DNA of 58,990 nt, counting the filler, from Sphacelaria rigidula (Eukaryota), in NCBI GenBank assembly GCA_964200075.2. It is 9 parts of 9 records of this genome, joined end to end, with 100 filler letters (N's around TTAATTAATTAA, not from the genome) between each part and the next. Parts side by side here need not be neighbours in the genome. Positions count along the whole stretch, not along the records: positions 45,961 to 52,425 come from CAXNAA020019909.1; positions 52,526 to 58,990 come from CAXNAA020019910.1; 7 more parts are not named here. One strand, 5' to 3'. Of the stretch, positions 51,530-58,990 are shown piece by piece. A program made the translations under genes and the position numbers. The notes beneath the pieces are model-generated. The model was given only the letters and a program-made list of their open reading frames with translations. It ran no database searches and was not told the DNA's origin. How positions within the stretch are numbered: the stretch's first letter is position 1; the number at the start of each line of letters is the position of its first letter.

Positions 51530-52004
51530 GGCCCCTCCTTATAGCAAACAAAAGCAATGTCCTGTAAAAAAGGTTCCCTGGTCCTTCGTCGTCGTTTTCC
51601 GCCAAAAAAGAGAGCTAGGCAGAGTCAGACACCTTGGAATGGCTTGCTCTACTCGTCGAGACGGATCTCGGATATCTTCGCGTTGTCAGGTGACCGCAGT
51701 TTTTATTTTGGCCAAATTTGAATTTCCGTCCAAGAACGGTCAAGAACGTTCAAATCTAGAAAAAAAACTGTCATCTATCTCTGGACTCGACCGTCTCTGG
51801 ACAACAACGCTTGTTCGGCCAAAAATAAAAACTGCGGCCACCGGAGAATGCGCAAGATGTCCTAGAATCGCCTGAACGAGTACAGCAAGTCATTCCAAGG
51901 TGTCAAACTTCATCTAGCTCTCTTTTTACGGCGTAGAAGGATGAATAAGGCCCAAAATTGCGTTTAATATAGGACTTTCCGCCTGTTTGCTTCAAGGGGT
52001 GGCC
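51530..52004. mobile_element. Fold-back Harbinger-type MITE related to 7978-8448
   Basis: TTA|ggcccctccttatagcaaaca...tgtttgcttcaaggggtggcc; inner arms (ccttggaatg.cttgct.tactcgt) shared with the contig-2 element. Confidence 0.8.
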
Positions 52005-52425
52005 TTGTGAACGTATTTGTGCTCATTTCAGCGTCAGTTTTGGGAGCTTAGCTAAACAGCAGCACGGATGTTCACAAAGTGCATCAGTTGCTTTATTCTC
52101 GAGACCCACTGACCTTGCCTCCGAATATAACTGTCGTTATCCAGATATCGGAAATTATTGGATCCCTGGGCATTTATTTCGCCATTCGTAGGTCAAATCT
52201 GTTCGAAATTTCATGTTTTGGGATACATGATCTCTCCATTGGTATTGCGACCCCTAGTACTATCTCCCCCATATACCCCGACTTAAATATCTATTTTCGT
52301 GGCATTAGTCATTATCCAGGAGTCAAATTTGGGGTGACTTCTGCGCTTGAGAGGGGGGGGGGGGTGTACTCATGATCATGCATGCCATAGTCATCAGACC
52401 ATTGACCTCGCATCCCTACAAAGCC

Positions 52426-52525
52426 NNNNNNNNNNNNNNNNNNNNNNNNNNNNNNNNNNNNNNNNNNNNTTAATTAATTAANNNNNNNNNNNNNNNNNNN
52501 NNNNNNNNNNNNNNNNNNNNNNNNN
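52426..52525. other. Artificial contig linker (8 of 8)
   Basis: N44-TTAATTAATTAA-N44. Confidence 0.99.
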
Positions 52526-52999
52526 GGGGTGCCACGGTTGAAGCAACCGTGACAGGGCCGAGCTGGACACGTGTGTCCAGGGGCAACGACTCGACTGAGG
52601 GCACAATCTTAACTCCGAATTCCACGTTGGGATTCGGGGGAGCAGGGGCCAGCGAGGGGTGTGCGATGGAATCCACCGTTATGGGCTCACTGACATGCGC
52701 GTCAGGAACCAATGACTCGGCCGGGTGCACTACCATGTTCCCTGAGTCCGGGTCGGAACGTGAGATAACAGGTCTCGGCGTCAAAGTCTGGTCTTGAAGT
52801 GTTGAAGAATGAGCTTCGCTCTAATGTTGGTCTTCAGATCCCGAAGACCGAACGCGCTCGCATACGTGCGGCGATGTGTTGAAGGTGGCGTGCCGCTCAT
52901 CTTGAAATATTTCGAACCGCCAATAGTTTGACTCCGGGTCCGGCGAAGCGGTTGGTTTCCCAAGTGAGGGGACGAGCCAGCGTTATTTTTGTGCGACAT
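52526..52999 (-). pseudogene. Possible frameshifted N-terminus of a retroelement gag-like ORF, truncated by the contig end
   Basis: Two abutting minus-strand frames (MSHKNN...LRRTRSQ...; Pro/Ser/Val-rich continuation) without clear splice signals; no diagnostic domain. Confidence 0.3.
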
Positions 53000-55900
53000 G
53001 ATGATCGTACGCAGCCTTTGTGCTTAAAACAAAAGGTGCAGTATGTCTGTTCTGCGGCACTAATCAAAGGAGCATGGCACCAGGTGATGCTACGTGCAGA
53101 AGCCGAAGCTTGATCCGGAAAATACTGGATAATGAAGCCAAATAGCGCCTGAGAGGACCGTGGGAGCTGATTTATTTGAGTAATATCAAGCGAATTGCGG
53201 TTTGTAACAACTATGTCCGGGGTCTGATTAGTACAACTTTATTCAAGTTGTGGCGGTAATAGCTAGCACGGGGTTGCGCGCAGAACAGGCGTATGTCGCC
53301 GAAGACAAGCGAACACCCGAGTGTCTGTAGCAGCGTTGGTACGTGGAAGAACAACTTACACGTATTCCGGGTGTAGCGTCACGGGCAGACTATAACCGTA
53401 TGATCCCAGCACAAGTTGAGGAACGACTGGCGGTGTGCAAATGAAAAGAACTAAAGATATATATATATATATATATTCTCAGATGCGCACAAAAACTGTT
53501 CAGCATAAGGCAGCACAAAAGCGTTTACAAAGCTTGGGTTGTAGACCGCGAACTCGGACCGCGTAGTGCAGAGCGAAGGCTTGTTATCCAACGAAGTTGA
53601 AACAACGTATGTATGTAGAACAAATGTGATGCGATGCATAACAGGGGCAACGCTGGGAGCGGGTGCCGAAAACATTGTAGTGCACAGGCAAGGGGCACCG
53701 ATTTCGAGTGCTGTCTGTTCAAATGAGCACGTAACGGAGGTTGAAATGTTTCAACTAGTAGTATTTCTACGAAACCGTCTCGGAACAATAACATTGTTCG
53801 TTCGAGAAGGGGTCAAAGAAGAAAAAACTCACAGTACGTTATGCCGTGTATTGGTACTTACCACGGTGATGTACCGCGTTGCCTTACGGCTGTGCGAAGT
53901 ACACAAGAGGACAACAAGAACAAAGTAGCCACAAGCAACGAAGCTAAAGCTACAACAACAACAAGGTCGCTACGAGCAACGAAGGTGAAGTGCCGAAACA
54001 ATCCAAAGTTCGTGTACAGACGTCCGTTATCACACTGTGAAAACACGGTCTGTACTTGTTCAGTAATTTCGTGAAGGAAAGATACAACAGTCGCGTACAA
54101 TCGATACTGAAAAATAAGAGCAGCAGAGTGCCGGCTTGGCAGGAGCTCAGGTCAGGAATAGCGGCCAGCTATGAACAACAGTGCGCCTTCGTGCACTGGT
54201 GCTCTGTACAAACCTGTAGTAGAAGACTTATTCTGCAGAAGGAAAGGGGGCCACAAGGCCAAATACACGAGCCAACGATGACTTGGTGCGGTGGTCGCGT
54301 CGGGCTGGTGAATCGAAAAGATTCACAAGTCGTGCAGGCGGGGCTGATACCGTTGGGCCTTGTGCAGGTGATGTCAAATTGACAGCACGGCAAGAATAGC
54401 AAGCAGTGCGCGTTGACCCCACGTTGACCACACAAGATGTGGCGTCGAACGCTACAGCGATTGCAAGTAGCAGGGCACGAATACACTTCACCGAGGCACA
54501 CGCGGGGCAGAAGGTCGACAGCTACTGACTACCTGGGCGGCAGATTTGCCTAGAACTGTCCGGAAGGGAGAAGGGGCAAATTATCAAAAAGCTGGAGTAC
54601 ACAGCTAGCAGCCAGGGATACAAATCGGTACAAAAAAGAAATGCAATAGCCAAAGAAGAAGCTCCTTAGTCAAACGCCAATGTAATAAAGAGCAAGCGGC
54701 AGTATAATGCAAGGACACAGGTTGTAGCCCAAGGTACAGGCTCACAAGGCCAGCGGACCACAGTCAGGCTGGCACAGCTCTGTACACTGCTAAACACAGC
54801 TCAACACAATATCAGACGAGGTCCACGCGAATAGGTTCTTCACTTCTCTCTTGATTATCTTGATTCTAACTCCAGTACCCACTCAATCAGTCCAATTCAA
54901 CCCAATGCGTCTCGCCGACAGTTAGACTTCTTTTGCTGGGGGGCATTCGAGGAGCAGTTGATAGTGCTAGAGGGTGGGTGAGCTATATCGATCCCAGCCG
55001 ATCTATCTCGCCATCGTTTGCCAATATACAAGCTCATATCCGAACCCGACCAACTCTGAACAGACCTGCAATCTTGTCTACTGGGATTCCCAATATTATC
55101 GAAAGCCAGACTTCGACAACGTAGCGGCATGACAACAGGCTAGTATGCATCTTCATGACAGTAACACAGCGCCGACACACCGAGCCACGGAAACCCACGC
55201 ATAGCATCCCACCACTCAGGCACATTAGCTCAAGCGCTAGCTCTTGATCATCTACACACATGGCAGTTTTTGTTCGACGGAAATCCGTCCAGTATTGGGT
55301 GAGAGGCGGCCGCGTGCGTGTTGAATAGCAACCGAAAACGTGGAGTTGCTGACTGGGAGCGTGTGCTGTGCGCGCGTCTCACGCAAATCATCATTTCGCG
55401 CTGACGTCTGAACCGATTTGAGCAGGGACGCGCACAGATTTCTCAGCTGGTGAGCAGCAATAAATACCCGCGCGAAATGGTGTTACCATGCGTCATGAGA
55501 TATGGAACATATTATTCACATTTATCAAGTGATACGTTTCTGCCGAATCATTCAGCTCTGTTTATTACCGTATCGCACAATCTCGCGGTAATGAATGCAC
55601 CAGCGTGCCGCAAAATGAACGCACCAGAGGAACCACCGAAATGTTTGACAACTGTCTCCTCGTCACGGATTTGTTAAATCAGCCATACGCACTCGAGGAT
55701 GAGAAAACGAACGCCGCGCGAAAAGATGTACCGTGTGTCATGGGTCATGAAAAAATTGCATTTATCTACTAATATTGTTTTGCCTATTCGTTTCGCTTTG
55801 TTTACTACGGTATCGCGTAATAATCCCGCGGTCTGTGGCACACAATGAACACACCAGAGAGACAACCGACATCTTCAACGGCTGTCGTCCTATCACGGGT

Positions 55901-56106
55901 TTGCTGAACCAGTCATGAACATTAGGGTAAAAAGTAACGGGCGCCGCGCGAAATGATATTACCATGTGTTATGGGTAATCAACCACATTCATATACATCA
56001 AGTCATGAAGATTTCTGCGAAATCGTTTTGCTTTGTTTACGACGGCATCGTGTATCCTTGCGGTTGGTGCAACAAAATGAACACACCAGAGGGACCACCG
56101 AAATCG

Positions 56107-56319
56107 AGAAAGGCAGGTCGAGTACACAGTATACTCGATTGCGGCGTATTTTGGTACGTAGTTGAGGTACTCGAATTGGGGTAAAGTGTCAGGAGTTGTA
56201 CCCAACGAATAAGTGGAAAGCGATCCCTAAACTCTACCCCCAATTTGTGTACTTTAAGTGCGACTTTCAAAATACCCCGCAATTGGGTATAGTCTACTCG
56301 ACATGCCCTTGGAAATCTC
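56107..56319. mobile_element. MITE-like insertion in a satellite unit
   Basis: aaggcaggtcgagtacacagtatactcgattgcggcgtatttt pairs with aaaataccccgcaattgggtatagtctactcgacatgccctt; absent from the other units. Confidence 0.7.
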
Positions 56320-56680
56320 GAACAACTGTCGCCCCATCACGGATTTATTGGACCAGTCGTGAACACTCGGTAATAGCAAGTAGTAGACGCCACCCACAAA
56401 CGTGTTACGGTGTGTAATGGGTTACAAGACATATTCACATTTATCAAGGGATGAGTTTTTGCCCCGTCGTTTTGATTTGTTCATCACGACATCATGTAAC
56501 CTCGCCATCCACACGATAACATGAACACCCCAGCGGGATCACCAGCATTTTGAACATCTGTCGCGCCATCGCGGGTATGTTAACCAGTCATGAACACTGG
56601 AACGAGAAGTAACGAACCCCGCGCGAGATGACGTTACCATGTGTTATGGGATACTAAATATTCGCAATCATCAGGTGATA

Positions 56681-56790
56681 CACGGGGGGCCACTGGGGCG
56701 CCTGTAACCTCAAACTTGGACGTTACAGACCTTGTGTAACGTCTGTAACGTCCAAGTTTGAGGTTACAAGCACCCCAGTGGCCCCCCGTG
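56681..56790. mobile_element. 110-bp hairpin MITE with TA target duplication (Tc1/mariner-type)
   Basis: TA|50-bp arm, 10-nt loop, 50-bp arm (2 mismatches)|TA, inserted at gtgaTA of a satellite unit. Confidence 0.9.
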
Positions 56791-57559
56791 TAGTATTCTG
56801 CCAAATCGATTCAATGATGTGTAGATTGTTCTGCTTCGCATAGCGCCTCCAATTTTTCTATCCTTTCTTACATTGGAATGGAGTTGAAAAGGGGCAGAAG
56901 AGACGGACGCCTTCAATGAAGAGCGATGGGACTCGCCTTCTTTGGCGGCATTTGAGCCGCCGGCGTGAAGGAAAAAGAGTTCTAGAGCTGTTAGGGCCCT
57001 TCTCAACCCTTAGATCGCGAAGCGGGTAATCCATCTGAATCACGCATTCTTTTTTCAAGTGAAAATTGGTGCCGATTCAGCAGGTCACCCCCCGTCGCGG
57101 TCTAGGGGTAAAGAAGGGGATTATCTCCTTCTTCGCAACCCCCTTTTGACAGGGCATTGGCCCCAAAACGATCAGTCCCCAGTCCTATCGACAGGCAGTT
57201 TTGTACAGATTCGAAGAGTCATCATACGATAGGGGAGGGGGGATTTGGGGCCAATACTTGCACGCAATTCCAAGGCAAAAGCGTTGAAATCAGGAACGGT
57301 TGCTTGAACGAGCTTGTTACAGATACATGACGCTCATTCATACCGATGGACACCATTTTGAACCAAATATAAGCGCATCGCGAGTGTTGCAGGTCATCTG
57401 ACACACTTATCAGCCTTTTGTTTTCGTGCAACCAAATACCCCCCCCCCCCTATCGTAGGATGACTCCGAACCCAGATCTGCACGTAGGTAGAGAAATGCG
57501 GCGGGTCTGTGAGTGGTCATTAGCCCAAGCAGGTCCAAGTTCTGTGTAATGCTGCAGAC

Positions 57560-58013
57560 AAGACGCAACAAGGCAACACAACACCTACACACCCAGCCCC
57601 GAAAAAAGACGCACAGACACCCACCACTCACGCATTAGTTTCACTGTTAGCCCTTGCTAGTATACACACGGCAGTCTTTGTTTGACATAAACCGTTCTGT
57701 ATTGGACGAATGGTGGCTGCGTGCGTGTAAAAAATAACCAAAAACATGTCGTTGCTGATCGTTTTGTAAGCGTGTGCTGCGCGCGCATCTCACACAACTC
57801 ATGATTTCTCAATGAATTCTGAACAGATTTGAGCAAGGTCACGCACGAAGTGCACAGCTGATGAGCAGCTACGGTGCGATTTGCTGTCAAACAAAAACTG
57901 TTTTGTGTAGATTAGCAAGGGCTAGCAGTGAAACTGATGCGCGTGAGTGGTGGGTGTCTGTGCGTGTTTTTTCGGAGCTTGGTGTGTAGGTGTGGTGTTG
58001 CCTTGTTGTGTCC
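57560..58013. repeat. ~130-bp inverted repeat pair; left arm plus interior also present at ~55195-55458
   Basis: acaaggcaacac...cagacacccaccactcacgc...agcccttgcta...tttgtttgaca pairs with 57885-58013. Confidence 0.8.
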
Positions 58014-58990
58014 AGGCCTTTTTCGGGGCTTGGTGTGTAGGTGTGGTGTTGCCATGTTGTGTCTAGGGCCTGTCTTTTCGATCGAAAAAATGAAGCGGTG
58101 GAATCAATCTGAGCGACAAAGTCTCGTTTTGATGCAGTTGGGTCCAGATAGATGTTCAAGCTTTCGATCCAAAAAATACAGTGAAATTCGTTACATGGCA
58201 CATGGTCACTCGTGTACAATACAGACAGTCTGTACTGTCTGCACCGCTTGCAAGCAGGGTGTCTTGAGTGCATGTTTCGTTCAGAAGGATATGAAGGAGA
58301 AGCGGGCAACATGCCGTGCAGACAGACCAGGACTATCAGTTCTCCCTGCTTACAATGCGACGTGAAGAGGACTTCAGCAACGTGCAGCTTTGTACAGACT
58401 GTACTTTCCATGAGCGTGCACGCAACTCGGTTGCCCACCGTACCACGCAGTTCTGTCGCTGATGCCCACCATGAGAGAAGACGTGCAACTTTTCGCCAAC
58501 AAAAAATAACGAAGCATACCCAGCTACTGCGATGTATATATCCCTGTGCTTAACTAGTGCTCAATGCTGCAGGGTTACGGTGGTAGCTGAGAACGGGTGG
58601 GCATCTTTGCCATGTAGGCTTTTTGCGTACAGTCCGTGTTCAGGTTCTAAAAAGCACTGCAGAAGCTGTGCTGTGTTGTCTTGTTTCAGTGTAGTACCCT
58701 GTACTCCAAATAATGAGGTCATGGTTTGGGCATTTTTTCGAAAAAATCTGCTTGTTTTTTGGAAAGTTCTCCTTGTTTTTTTCAAGTATTCTGAAAAAGA
58801 CGAGAGTGTTTTCTGTCACAGAAATCTAATGCCGAATCTGGAATAGCCTGAGACAACAACCAATTTGAAAATTGGAATTACGGATATCATTATCATTATT
58901 ATTGTCGTTATAATAATAATTATTATTATTTCCGCACACTAGTCCGATCTCGCGAACCCGTGGTCACAGACGTAGCCTCGCCTTTCCAAT

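Larger units (their letters stand above)
55468..56825 (+). repeat. Diverged tandem array, about five units of ~230-245 bp, with two nested insertions
   Basis: Units begin c.gcgcga(a/g)a at ~55468, 55714, 55944, 56388 and 56619, and share atgaac(a/g)caccagag and atcacgg.ttt..t.aaccagtcatgaaca. Confidence 0.85.

Overview
This is not one locus. It is an artificial concatemer of nine unrelated, length-sorted contigs (five of 6466 bp, then four of 6465 bp) joined by an identical 100-bp linker (N44-TTAATTAATTAA-N44), so adjacency across linkers means nothing. The DNA is eukaryotic, intron-rich and transposon-rich. It most resembles a brown alga (Phaeophyceae); this is inferred from a brown-algal-type ROCO LRR-GTPase, short GT-AG exons in multi-kb introns and TTAGGG-type motifs. 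Coding content I can support: (1) one complete intronless gene of the C1orf52/UPF0690-like family; (2) three exons of a ROCO LRR-GTPase; (3) one exon of a peptidase S53 pro-domain; (4) two exons of an aldo-keto-reductase-fold protein in which all four catalytic-tetrad residues appear substituted; (5) a few weaker exon candidates; (6) a decayed Ty3/gypsy integrase-chromodomain region with its 3' LTR. Most of the rest is non-autonomous mobile DNA: piggyBac-type, Harbinger-type, Tc1/mariner-type, GAG..CTC/4-bp-TSD and CACAC/8-bp-TSD MITEs, a tRNA-derived SINE, a poly(C)-ended repeat and satellites, many shared between contigs. I found no CRISPR array, operon or convincing new multi-gene system. 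The best leads are the AKR pseudo-enzyme, the ROCO gene and several unusual transposon arrangements. All family assignments come from motif recognition by eye; no database search was run.
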